Below, one piece after another: positions 26,060-37,149 of a DNA stretch of 64,000 nt. Both the position numbers and the translations under genes were made by a program. A model generated the notes under the pieces. It saw nothing but the letters and a program-made list of their open reading frames with translations, searched no databases and was not told the origin of the DNA. Source of the DNA: Malacoraja senta (lineage: Eukaryota); assembly GCA_038087875.1 (NCBI GenBank), contig CM075988.1, forward strand, positions 20,028,001 to 20,092,000, given 5' to 3'. Numbering within the stretch: position 1 is the first letter of the stretch; each line of letters begins with the position of its first letter.

Positions 26060-27538
26060 CTAGACCAAGTGGAACCCATTGGGCCCCGTCCCCCAACGTG
26101 GGGGAGGTGGGGTTGCGGCGTCACACGGGAGGGCTGTTCCCCGAATGCGGCGTCGGCGCTCACCCGAGACAGGCGCCCCCCCGGAGCCAATCACCCCCAT
26201 CACCTGTTCCCCCAAAGTAACCCGTTCGCCCAAAGCAATATTCCACCACACCCATAGCCCCCAAATGCGCAGGCGCGGCTCATTTCCCTTCGTCCCCCAA
26301 CACTCCTTCCCCCTCCTCTTCACCCCTCACCTCCTCCACTCCCTCCTTCACCTCTCCCTCTCCTTTCCCCTACCCTCAGTCACTCCCTCCCACCCTTCAT
26401 AACCCCTCTCCCCCCCACCCCGACCCGATGGGTCCCATTTCCACATCGCAATATTCCACCACTCACCTGTTTCCCCAACGCAACCCGTTTCCACCACTCA
26501 CCCATTCCCCCAACGCAACCCGTTCCACCAACGCAATCCATCCTTCCCACGTGGGGGATGGGCAGTTGGCGCTTCCCAGACCCAATGAATGGACTCGAGT
26601 TTTGAGTCGGTGTTCCCTTGAGCCAATCAATCCTTCCCATGTGGGGGGGGGGGGGGTGCAGTCGACTCTTTCCGGAGCCAATGAATGGACTCGACTTTTG
26701 GATTGGTGTCGGTGCTCTCTTGATCCAATCAATCCTTCCCATGTTGGGGGGGGGGGGTCAGTCGGTGCTTCCCGGAGCCAATTAATGGACTCGTCTTTTG
26801 GGTAGGCGTCAGCGCTCCCTTGAGCCAATCAATCCTTCCCAAGGGGGGTGGGGGGACAGGGGGCGTTTCCCGGAGCCAATGAATTGACTCGACTTTTGGG
26901 TCAACGTTGGTGCTCCCTTGAGCCAATCCCACGTGGGGGGGGTGGGCAAAAATCTCACTCTCTCCTTAATCCCCTTGAAACTGCTGATCCCATTGTCTCC
27001 CTCACCTCTCCCCTTTCGCACTCCCCCACTAAAGACAATGTTTAAATAAAATGCCTTCTCCTCCCATCCCCCACTCCATCAACTCTCATAGCTTCTGTAT
27101 TGGCAGCAGAGATCACATTTATGTCATTTTCAGTTGTCGGAATGTTCACTGCCTGAGATCCCATTGTCTGCCTGAGATCCCATTGTGATGTCATTTTCGG
27201 TTTTCGGAATCTTCACGGCAGCTTGTGTAAATGAGATCCCATTGTGATTGGTCGACTGTGAGATGCCATTGTGACATCATTACTGGAAGCTGCTAGAAAA
27301 GTCTCCCACTCATAGGCAGTTATTATTTTCAAAGTTGGCTTTTTCAAAATTTTAAATATCAATAACTTGTGAAATATAACATCAAATGTGAAGAAACTTG
27401 ATACTATCAACCACGGGGAAAAGCTGAGTAAGATTCTGCAAAAAAGCGCAAACAAATTGCGCTATTGTGTACCGTTTTGGCGTAGTTCCTTGATCTCTCA
27501 GACAGATAAACAAGACGAGACTTTTAATAGTATAAAGA
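26060..27538 (-). mobile_element. Non-autonomous Helitron in CRTAM intron 10
   Basis: On the minus strand: A|TCTTTATACTATTAAAAG at the 5' end, hairpin GGGCCCAATGGGTTCC then ACTTGGTCTAG|T at the 3' end; no TSD. Confidence 0.8.
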
Positions 27539-27637
27539 TATTGTGTGGGCCTACTTATTCTCATTGTTAATAACATAAAGACCAGAAAAATACTACTTGT
27601 GAGAAGTCATTAGTAATCTTTCTTATATTTCCTACAG

Positions 27638-27787
27638 TAGAAAATAACGGAAAACATGAAAAACAACAAATGAAGAAGAATGGAGCCCTATTACTGATAC
27701 TAGTATCTTTCCTGATTTGTGCTTTGTTCATCATCTTCCAATTATTCGTGCTAAAATTATGGAAACAGCATTTAAAGTGGAAAAAGC
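27638..27787 (+). CDS. CRTAM: CRTAM exon 11, transmembrane
   Basis: Acceptor cctacag (tandem CAGTAG), TM highly similar to human CRTAM, donor GTAAGC. Confidence 0.93.
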
Positions 27788-28062
27788 GTAAGCTAATTTC
27801 TTACATTATTATTAACATCTAAGATTCCCTGCTAACCTTAGCATCAAAATACTGACTTCTTTACTGAAATAGAGTTCTACTTATGGTTGCCCTGACATAT
27901 GTCTTGCTCAAAGAATCCACACTAATGTAGCTTTACCTCCCATCTTTGCGTTCTTCAAATTAGCCTTCCTTTGGGAAGGATTAACGATGGACAGACATCT
28001 CCAAGACATTGTCTTTGCATCTATTGATGCCATATCTACAATTCTTTTTTCTTTTATTGCAG

Positions 28063-28152
28063 AAAAAGATGAATCTGATATCACAGGGGAAAGTAACAAA
28101 TCAAATAAGTCAAGTAACGAAGAAAATGTTCGAGCAGAAAATGATAATCAAG
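28063..28152 (+). CDS. CRTAM: CRTAM exon 12, cytoplasmic (QKDESDITGESNKSNKSSNEENVRAENDNQ)
   Basis: Acceptor ttgcag, donor GTAATT; resembles human ENEVSEHTLESYRSRSNNEE. Confidence 0.9.
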
Positions 28153-28509
28153 GTAATTTGGGGAAGAATATATCCTGGAGACCATTTCAAACGTAACTTT
28201 ATTGAAGAATGATTCTATGTGCAATGTTGCTTAAGTTGATCAATTTTAAATTGGAGAATCCATCTTTGAAACTGTGGAAATAGAATTAAAAATTAAAAGT
28301 ATTTATAAAATTGTCCTTAAATTCAGAAATTAGAAACAAAACCAAGATTTAAAGGATGAGATACTACCAAGGTTGTAAAGCAACACAAAGTGATGACAAG
28401 GTTAAAATTCAAAAGAAGACACAAAGTGCTGGAGTAACGCGGGTCAGGACCCTTCTTATAATTTAAGCGCCTCAAAATTATTGAAGAAGAGTGTACCTAA
28501 ATTAGTTTC

Positions 28510-29270
28510 AATAGACAATAGACATTAGGTGCAGGAATAGGCCATTTGGCCCTTCGAGCCAGCACCGCCATTCAATGTGATCATGGCTGATCATCCCCAA
28601 TCAGTACCCCGTTCCTGCCTTCTCCCCATATCCCCTGACTCCACTATTTTTAAGAGCTCTTGAAAGCATCCAGAGAACCTGCCTCCACTGCCCTCTGAGG
28701 CAGAGAATTCCACAGACTCACCACTCACTGTGAGAAAAAGTGTTTCCTCGTCTCCGTTCTAAATGGCTTACTCCTTATTCTTAAACTGTGGCCCCTGGTT
28801 CTGGACTCCCCCAACATCAGGAACATGTTTCCTGCCTCTAGGGTGTCCAAGCCCTTAACAATCTTATATGTTTCAATGAGATTCCCTCTCATCCTTCTAA
28901 ACTCCAGAGTGTACAAGCCCAGCTGCTCCATTCTCTCAGCTTATGACAGTCCCGCCATCCCGGGAATTAACCTTGTAAACCTACGCTGCACTCCCTCAAT
29001 AGCAAGAATGTCCTTCCTCAAATTAGGGGACCAAAACTGCACACAATACTCCAGGTGTGGGTGTGGTCTCACTAGGGCGCTGTACAACTGCAGAAGGACC
29101 TCTTTGCTCCTATATTCGATTCCTCTTGTTATAAAGGCCAACATGCCATTTGCTTTCTTCACTGCCTGCTGTACCTGCATGCTTACTTTCATAGACTGAT
29201 GTACAAGGACCCCCAGATCCCGTTGTACTTCCCCTTTTCCCAACTTGACACCATTTAGATTGTAATCTGA
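28510..29270 (-). mobile_element. CR1 LINE 3' end
   Basis: RPHLEYCVQFWSP… and CR1 3' UTR hairpin region. Confidence 0.85.
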
Positions 29271-30263
29271 CAATATTCAAATAATAGCAGTAGTTTATTA
29301 ATAGTATATACCCAGATTATCATGTATACATTTTAAAAAATAATGAAGTATGGAAATTACATATTAAGTGCACTGCCCTACACTTGATGGCACATTAGCC
29401 TCAGCAAAGATAATGAATTAATGATGACAACTTTATAATGACCAATGTTCCTGACAAAATAATTATACCTCTATTCATAATCCATACTTACCTAATTCAC
29501 TGGCAACATTTTCTATAGGATCTGCTCCGGTATAATTTACCGTTTACAACTACCTTTATCACAGAGTAACTAGACAGGTGAAAATCTGCTCATTTTTCAA
29601 AAGTTCTTTAAATGTAGTATTCAGGTCACAACAATGTACTTTGAGTGAGTTATCTCAGCTGTTGATTCCCATCCTTATTCGCTCTTCTCTACAGGCTGAA
29701 AACCATATAATGAGTTTCACAAAGTTTAATACTGGTTTTGTGAAACATATTCATCGTGCAATTAAATTCTTCCTTTGCGCCTGGGGAAATCATTCTGAGC
29801 TGCTGTAAAACACAGATGATTTACAAATTCATCATTGGGAATGATGGGTATAGGAACAATATGAGGCATTGAAATTAAGTCACTGCTTCAGTTTATGACT
29901 ACATCCTCCACTACTTGAATAAACTAATACCAGTTGAATATGTTTCCACGTACTGTTATCACCAGGCTTCATAAGAATAATAGTTACAATTGAACTAAAT
30001 TTGCTAAATCACAATATTAAAACTTAAATGTGCTGAATTTTTCATAAAAATATAAAATGCTGGAAACACTCAGTAGGTGTGGGGATCTGTGGGAAGAGAA
30101 CGTTGTTAATATTTCAGATGAAAAATCAAGATGCAGCATTTTCTATTCTTATTTCATATTTTTATAATCTTCAGTTTTTTTTATTTACATTTACCACTGA
30201 AATTATTATTTTTATTAAACATGTGATGTTATGTTATAATTACAACTCTATGTTCCTTTACAG

Positions 30264-30370
30264 AGTCTAATCTTCAAACGCAATACATAGTCCATATAAA
30301 TTCAGAGGAACGAGTAAAACAGTATTGTAATGATATACCTGAAGATCAAACACAAGAGAGTACGGTTTAA
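30264..30370 (+). CDS. CRTAM: CRTAM terminal coding exon 13 (…PEDQTQESTV*)
   Basis: Acceptor ctttacag, in frame to TAA, class I PDZ-binding motif ESTV. Confidence 0.88.
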
Positions 30371-30594
30371 TTCATTTTATTGTCATGCAAAACAATCAAT
30401 TTTTTAATTTTTTTAAAATCTTTGTTACTTATTTCAACATATATTTTGAGGACAAGTTTGTATATAAAAAAACTGAATTAATTAACTGAATGTGAATTAG
30501 AAATACATCTTTAAAATGTTTGTTCCAAACTGTGAAATGTATGTTTAAAAGATTTTTGTATATGAATTGCACTTATATTTATTGCTATTTGCAC

Positions 30595-30600
30595 ATTAAA
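30595..30600 (+). terminator. Probable CRTAM polyadenylation signal (ATTAAA)
   Basis: ATTAAA 225 nt after the stop, followed by T-rich and GT-rich sequence. Confidence 0.5.
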
Positions 30601-31329
30601 TACATTTTTTTCCTTTTCTGAAATCAAATTGTGTGAGGGTGTGAAGATTTTTGGCGATTCTGGGAGCAATGTATTGTTAAATGGGAGTAGGGAACTCAGT
30701 GTTAAATGGGAGTAGGGAACACAGACTTACAACTTACACATTCCAGTTAATTTGCTTTTCTCTCCCACTTTAGAGAACCAGCCACATCTCTTCTATCGTT
30801 CCAGCCTTCAATGTATCATTCTTATCTCTGCCATTTGCCTCTCAGTACGGTCTGATTGTTCCCCATGTTTCTTATACCACCCTGCTTTCCATCTACCCTT
30901 CACTATTGTCCATTTATTGTCTTAGTTTCAGACCATTCCTCTTTCATTATTTATGCTGATGGCTAGCGACAGGCTACTTACACTTTGGTCATGTGGGTGG
31001 AAAATGCTCCTTCATCAGCACCATCACATGGGGTCTTTGGGAGGGGGAGATGGCAGTGGGGGAAACAATATTTACTCTGTGTAAATAATTCAGAGGTAGC
31101 AATGGATATGGAGGCGAAGAGAAGCAGTGGGAGAAAAGTGGGGATGTTCAGAGAGTTTTCTGCCATTATTCAAAGAGAGGAAAAATACAGAATGTGACTT
31201 CAGTGGTATAAAATTAACAACATTTAAATGTATATGCTTCTTTAACACGCATATCATTGTTTAGTTAGTTTCTCTTCTCTTTTGATCATAAAGCGGTGGT
31301 GTGAATTCTATTCCAAAAACATAATCACA

Positions 31330-31730
31330 AAATCTGACTTAAGATTCTGGGTAGTGCTAAGGGAATGCTGCAGAGTTAATGGTGTTTTCTTTTAAATAAG
31401 TAAATCTTTCCTACTGAGTGGATTTAAATTTCCCCAGAGTTATTTTAAAATTAAGAGTTTATCTCATTATCCTGTTCAAAACTCTGTGAAGATAATAACT
31501 GAAGTGTGCGGCTTTTCATGTAACCAGGGTAATTTCCAAAATGTTTCGTCCAATGCTTATTGCTAAACAGATAATCTTACTATTGTTTAAATAGGCTTTA
31601 CTTTGGGTAATTATTTGCCACATTTCCTATATTACAAGTCATCACACTTCCAAAAATATTTGCTTTTTTTGTGAACCACCTTGGGATATCCTGAAGCCAC
31701 GACAGGATGATATGAACGGCAATCTATCCT
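31330..31730 (+). mobile_element. Ancient Deu-domain SINE (SacSINE1/AmnSINE1-like)
   Basis: agtgctaagggaatgctgca … tttcctatattacaa…cacacttccaaaa…ttgggatatcctga matches the Deu-SINE consensus as recalled; heavily diverged. Confidence 0.55.
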
Positions 31731-32694
31731 CTCAATTGCATATTTGAGTATTCATCATCGTTGAAAACATTAGCAACGCAACGGTTCTCCAACGGGAACG
31801 GTGACGGACACACCACACATGTATCCTCCAGTTCCTGCGGACTTCCGCCGCTGGAAGTATAGGATTTTGGTGTGTGTGCTTTATCATCATTCCTTACAAT
31901 GCTATGTACAACAGTGATCACAACTTCTACTGAAGTGTGGATGGCCGTTGGCTCGCTAGAAGCTCATCCGCCCTTTAACAGGTCTTGTTTTTGGTCCTGC
32001 TGGGGGTCCACAGCCTCCTCCTCGCCTGGCAAACCAGGTGGGGGAGACAGTTTAGTCGCCGACTATCTGACCATGGAGCAGGTAGCACGGGATTATATGG
32101 TACCCATGGCTGGGGGAACTCCCCCCGACCTGACCTTAGGGGGGAGTTATCGGGGCCTAGCTCTATCATAAAGCTTTACCTTGTAGTCTGAAGAAGGGTC
32201 TGAAGAATGAAATGGATTCATTTGGGAAAGATTATGATTAAGATGCAAATAAGATGGTTTTGTCTTGATGAGCAAAGTGGTTACATGGGGTTAAAGCCGA
32301 TCAGCTATGACTTAACTGAATGGGACAAGAGACTCACAGCCAATTCTGGTTCCCAAAAGATAATTAAATAAATTACTTATTTACTATCTTAACAATTAGA
32401 AAACCTTAAGCCCTGGTATTGGAGAGATTTTGATCTTTTGCCAATTGGGAGCAAAGTAGCATATTAAAATAAATTGAATGCAAATAAATTGAATGCATTC
32501 AATTCAATAAGCTTTGTCTCTTCAGAGAAAGCTCCAAACTCATCACATGTTTGATACCGAAGGTAGACACAAAATGCTGGAGTAACTCAGCGGGACAGAC
32601 AGCATCTCTGGAGAGAAGGAATGGGTGAAATTTCGGGTCGAGATCCTTTTTCAGACCTACACATGTTTGATAACTGCAACTTTGAACAAAAGAG

Positions 32695-33430
32695 AGTCAA
32701 GAGTGTTTAATTGTCATTTGTAGAGGCATCAGAACAATGACATTCTTATTGGCTGCAACTTTACAGGCCCATTAATACAATAACACAACAAATAAGTATA
32801 CAATGATCAATAATATAACACGTTAACAATCAGTATACAATGGGTATACAGACTATTATAGTGCAAAACATCTGTCATGTAACCAAAACAAAGTCCACAG
32901 TGTATCATAGTTGCTGATGTAGGGTTGTGGTTCGTGTGGTGCAGTGTTCAAGAGTCTGATGACTGCTGGTAAACAAGCAGGTCACAGTTCTCAGGGTCCA
33001 ATACCCTCTTCCCGATGGTAGTTGTGAAATGAGAGATTGACCTGGGTGGTGTGGGTCTTTGATATCAGCTTCCTTTTTGAGACATCACCTCTTGAAGATC
33101 CCTTTCATGGTGGGGAGGTCATTGGACTGAGCAATATCTACCTCTTTCTGCAACCTCCTTCAATCCACGGCGTTCGAGTTACCCAACCAGGCATGACGTA
33201 TGCTCTCCACCATACTCCTGTTGAAGTTCAATGGGTCATACGGTGACATACTGAATTTCCTCAATCTGCTAAGGAAGTAGCAGCATAAGCTTTCTTTGTG
33301 AATTCATCAATATGATGGGCCTAAGACAGATCTTTGAATATATGGACACTTAGGAACTTAAAGTTATTGACTCTCTCAACCGCCCTCCCATCGATGAAGA
33401 CAGGTTCATGGATCCTCGGCTTTCCCTTCC
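32695..33430 (-). mobile_element. Old Rex1/Babar-like LINE 3' fragment
   Basis: Tail gagtcaagagtgtttaattgtca and degenerate similarity to 34264-35000. Confidence 0.55.
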
Positions 33431-33889
33431 TGTACATTCTTAAAGATTCAATATCCACTCTCTTTCATGGATACAGAATTTCTAAAGATCACAATCCTTT
33501 ATGAGTGTAGCGGCCGATTTTTATATCGTTCGAGAAATTAACACTCTCACCGCTAAATGGATGAGCATGGTTAAGGGGAATATCTTCGAAACGCATGCGA
33601 GCTCACCCACAGAGACCTTCAGAGCTTCTTCACAGATAAGTCTTCAAACACAGTCTTTTGATCAATAAGTTCTTTATTATTGATGAAAACAATAAAGTAC
33701 ATCCAAACTTCTTCCGACTCGTTACTATAATCTTCATCGAACTCCAGCTTATTACTTTAAACTTTAGAAAACTCCTCGTGTCTCCGTTACACTTCGCATG
33801 ATCTCCTTTACACCTCGCATGTTCGAAGGGTAAACCTTCTCCATGGTCTCTCCAATCTACACTAAAAACTAAACTAAACTAGACTTCTG

Positions 33890-36762
33890 ACGGGCACCCG
33901 AAAAAAGGACCACATCACCCCGATTCTGGCCTCTCTCCACTGGCTCCCTGTGCGGTTCCGAATAAATTTCAAGATCCTTCTTTATGTTTACAAAGCCTTT
34001 AACGGGCTTGCCCCCACCTACATCAAAAGTCTGCTTACCCACCACACCACCTCCAGGTCCCTCAGATCAGCCGACTTGGGGTTACTGAACATCCTAGGCA
34101 TAAGCTCAGGGACGACGGCGCCTTTGCGGTTGCAGCTCCTAGACTGTGGAACAGCATCCCTCTTCCCATCAGAACTGCCCCCTCCATTGACTCTTTTAAG
34201 TCGAGACTTAAAACTCATCTTTACTCACAAGCCCTTTTTGACGTCCTCTGAGGGAGGGCTATATCAAGTCAAGTCAAGTGAGTTTATTGTCATGTGTCCC
34301 TGATAGGACAATGAAATTCTTGCTTTGCTTCACAACAGAACATAGTAGGCATTGACTACAAGGCATTCTATAAATATATACACACATGAATCAATGTACT
34401 GATAAAGTGCAAATAACAGTATTGGCTAATAAAGTTCAGTGTTATGTCCGAGCCAGGTTTAATAGCCTGATGGCTGTGGGAAGTAGCTATTCCTGAACCT
34501 GGTCGTTGCAGTCTTCAGGCTCCTGTACCTTCTACCTGAAGGTAGTAGGGAGATGAGTGTGTGGCCAGGATGGTGTGGGTCCTTGATGATACTGCCAGCC
34601 TTTTTGAGGCAGCGACTGTGATAGATCCCCTCGATGGAAGGGAGGTCAGAGCCGATGATGGACTGGGCAGTGTTTACTACTTTTTGTAGTCTTTTCCTCT
34701 CCAGGGCGCTCAAGTTGCCGAACCAAGCCACGATGCAACCGGTCAGCATGCTCTCTACTGTGCACCTGTAGAAGTTAGAGAGAGTCCTCCTTGACAAACC
34801 GACTCTCCATAATCTTCTCAGGAAGTAGAGGCGCTGATGTGCTTTCTTAATAATGGCATCAGTGTTCTCGGACCAGGAAAGATCTTCAGAGATGTGCACG
34901 CCCAGGAATTTGAAGCTCTTGACCCTTTCAACCATCGACCCGTTGATATAAACGGGACTGTGGGTCCCCATCCTACTCCTTCCAAAGTCCACAATCAGTT
35001 CCTTGGTTTTGCTGGTGTTGAGGGCCAGGTTATTGTGCTGGCACCATATGGACAGTTGCTCGATCTCTCTTCTATACTCTGACTCATCCCCATCAGTGAT
35101 ACGTCCCACAACAGTGGTGTCATCAGCGAACTTGATGATGGAGTTCGCACTATGTCCGGCTACGCAGTCATGAGTATAGAGTGAGTACAGCAGGGGGCTG
35201 AGCACGCAGCCTTGAGGTGCTCCCGTGCTGATTGTTATCGAGTCTGACACATTTCCACCAATATGAACAGACTGTGGTCTGAGAGTGAGGAAGTCGAGGA
35301 TCCAATTGCAGAGGGATGCGCAGAGACCCAGTTCTGCGAGTTTGGTAACCAGCTTGGAGGGGATGATTGTATTAAATGTCGAGCTGTAATCGATGAATAA
35401 CAGCCTGACATATGAGTTTTTGTTGTCCAAGTGGTCCAGAGCGGAGTGGAGGGCCAGCGAGATCGCATCCACCGTTGATCTGTTGTGGCGGTAAGCGAAC
35501 TGCAGTGGGTCCAGGTTTTTGTCGAGGTAGGAATTGATCTGCGTCATGATCAACCTCTCAAAGCACTTCATCACCACAGGCGTTAGTGCCACAGGTCGAT
35601 AGTCATTGAGGCATGTCACCTTACTCTTCTTGGGCACTGGTATAATTGATGCCCTTTTGAAGCAGGTGGGAACCTCAGACCTCAGAAGTGAGAGGTTGAA
35701 AATGTCCGTAAAAACTCCAGCCAATTGGTCCGCACAGGTTTTTAGAACACGACCAGGTATACCATCAGGTCCAGGCGCTTTTCGAGGGTTCACCCCTCTG
35801 AAGGATTTCCTGACATCGGCCTCTGTGACTGAGACTGAAATACCATCACAGCAAATGGGGGCTCGGGAAGGCACATCGGTGTTCTCCCTATCAAAGCGTG
35901 CGTAGAACGCATTGAGCTCATCAGGGAGTGATGTTTCGCCGACATTCGAGCTGCCTCCTAATTTCGACTTGTAAGAGGTGATTGCATTCACGCCCTGCCA
36001 CAGCCGCCGAACATCTGTCTCTTCCTCCAGTTTGGAGCAGAAGTCCCTTTTGGCCTTTTTGATGGCATTACCAAGGTCGTATCTGGACTTCTTGTAGGCC
36101 ACTGTATCATCAGACATGAATGCCCGGTGTCTGGACTTCAGAAGAGTGCGGATCTCAAAGTTCATCCAAGGTTTCTGATTGGGAAACGCTCGGAAGGTTT
36201 TGGTGGGGATGCAGTCCTCCACACACTTCTTAATGAAGTCTGTAACGACTGTGGCGTATTCGTTCAGGTCTGTTGCCGAGTCCTTGAACATTGCCCAGTC
36301 TACAGACTCCAAACAGTCCTGGAGTTGTTCCTCTGCCCCCCCCCCCCCCCCCGACCAGCTCTGTACTGTCCTCACCTCTGGGGGCGCGCTCTTTAATTGC
36401 TGTCTGTAGGCAGGAAGAAGCAGCACCGCGGTATGGTCGGATTTACCAAAGTGAGGGCGAGGGATAGAGCGATAGGCATTCTTGATGGTGGTGTAGCAGT
36501 GGTCGAGGGTGTTTGGTCCTCTGGTGCAGCAGGAGACATGTTGGTGGAAGTTAGGGAGTGATTTCTTTAGGTTTGCCTTAATGTAGTCCCCGGCTATGGT
36601 GGTGAACGCCTCGGGGTAAGACGTCTGGTGTTTGTTTGTATGTATTTATGTACGTACTTAATCTATGAACCAATGTTGTATAATGTAAGTACCTCCACCA
36701 ATGTAAAGCACTTTGGTCAACGGCGTTGTTTTTTAAATGTGCTACAGAAATAAAAGTGACTT
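33890..36762 (+). mobile_element. 5'-truncated L2-type LINE inserted in the BEL 3' LTR, itself split by Rex1
   Basis: ORF2 C-terminus HITPILASLHWLPVRFRINFKILL; 3' tail at 36633-36762; TSD GACTTCTG at 33882-33889 and 36763-36770. Confidence 0.82.
34264..36632 (-). mobile_element. Rex1/Babar-clade LINE, 5'-truncated, with an uninterrupted 655-aa RT ORF (34459-36426)
   Basis: FPNQKPW, LDPLQFAYR, GAPQGCVLSPLLY, FADD, KKAHQRLYFLR motifs; (CTTGA)n tail. Confidence 0.88.
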
Positions 36763-37017
36763 GACTTCTGCTCAAGCTACATAGCCCCAAACACGCCCAA
36801 AAATACGTCATAAATCCCAACCAAAATATAACGGGTAGTCTAAAATTTAAAGGCACATGCCATCATCAATGACATGCAAAACAAGCCAAATGGCCACTAC
36901 ATACCGGCCCATAATTGTTCCGAGTATATAATGAGGCAATTACTAATAAACATCAAAAAAGTAGCCATGAAGGCTTAACATATATCAAAAAGCAAAAGGT
37001 CAGGGAATTGAACCCCG

Positions 37018-37092
37018 TGGCTCCTCGTCAGGAAATTGAACCCCGGTCCACCGCGTGACAGGCGGGGATACTAAACACTATACTAACGAGGG
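37018..37092 (-). tRNA. tRNA-Asp(GTC)-derived copy with encoded 3' CCA inside the BEL element (degenerate, likely pseudo)
   Basis: Minus strand reads CCCTCGTTAGTATAGTGTTTAGTATCCCCGCCTGTCACGCGGTGGACCGGGGTTCAATTTCCTGACGAGGAG-CCA, colinear with vertebrate tRNA-Asp(GTC); D-loop GG lost and a few stem mismatches. Confidence 0.85.
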
Positions 37093-37149
37093 AAAAAATG
37101 CATGCACTATATATCCGCAATCAGAATTCTTCATTGACTCTTCCATCTT

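Larger units (their letters stand above)
2360..30370 (+). other. CRTAM: CRTAM gene span (class I-restricted T cell-associated molecule, nectin-like Ig protein), 13 coding exons, 1338-nt CDS, about 445 aa
   Basis: Exons join in frame through GT-AG introns, all phase 1. The product has SP-IgV-IgC-stalk-TM (GALLLILVSFLICALFIIFQLFVLKLWKQHLKWKK, closely resembling human CRTAM GILLLTLVSFLIFILFIIVQLFIMKLRKAHVIWKK) and ends in ESTV* (human ESIV). It lies next to HSPA8, as in human 11q24. Confidence 0.93.

Noticed and set aside
30674..30720. Short direct duplications (TGTTAAATGGGAGTAGGGAAC x2; similarly 59216-59262)
   Set aside because: Ordinary slippage or repair duplications with no sign of function.
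31900..32180. GC-richer block resembling an RTE-type LINE 5' end
   Set aside because: Could not be supported with protein motifs or TSDs by eye.
37018..37045. TGGCTCCTCGTCAGG as a + strand PBS implying the LTR element is + oriented
   Set aside because: It is about 115 nt from the LTR, the whole tRNA is present, and gag-pol plus the PPT define minus orientation.
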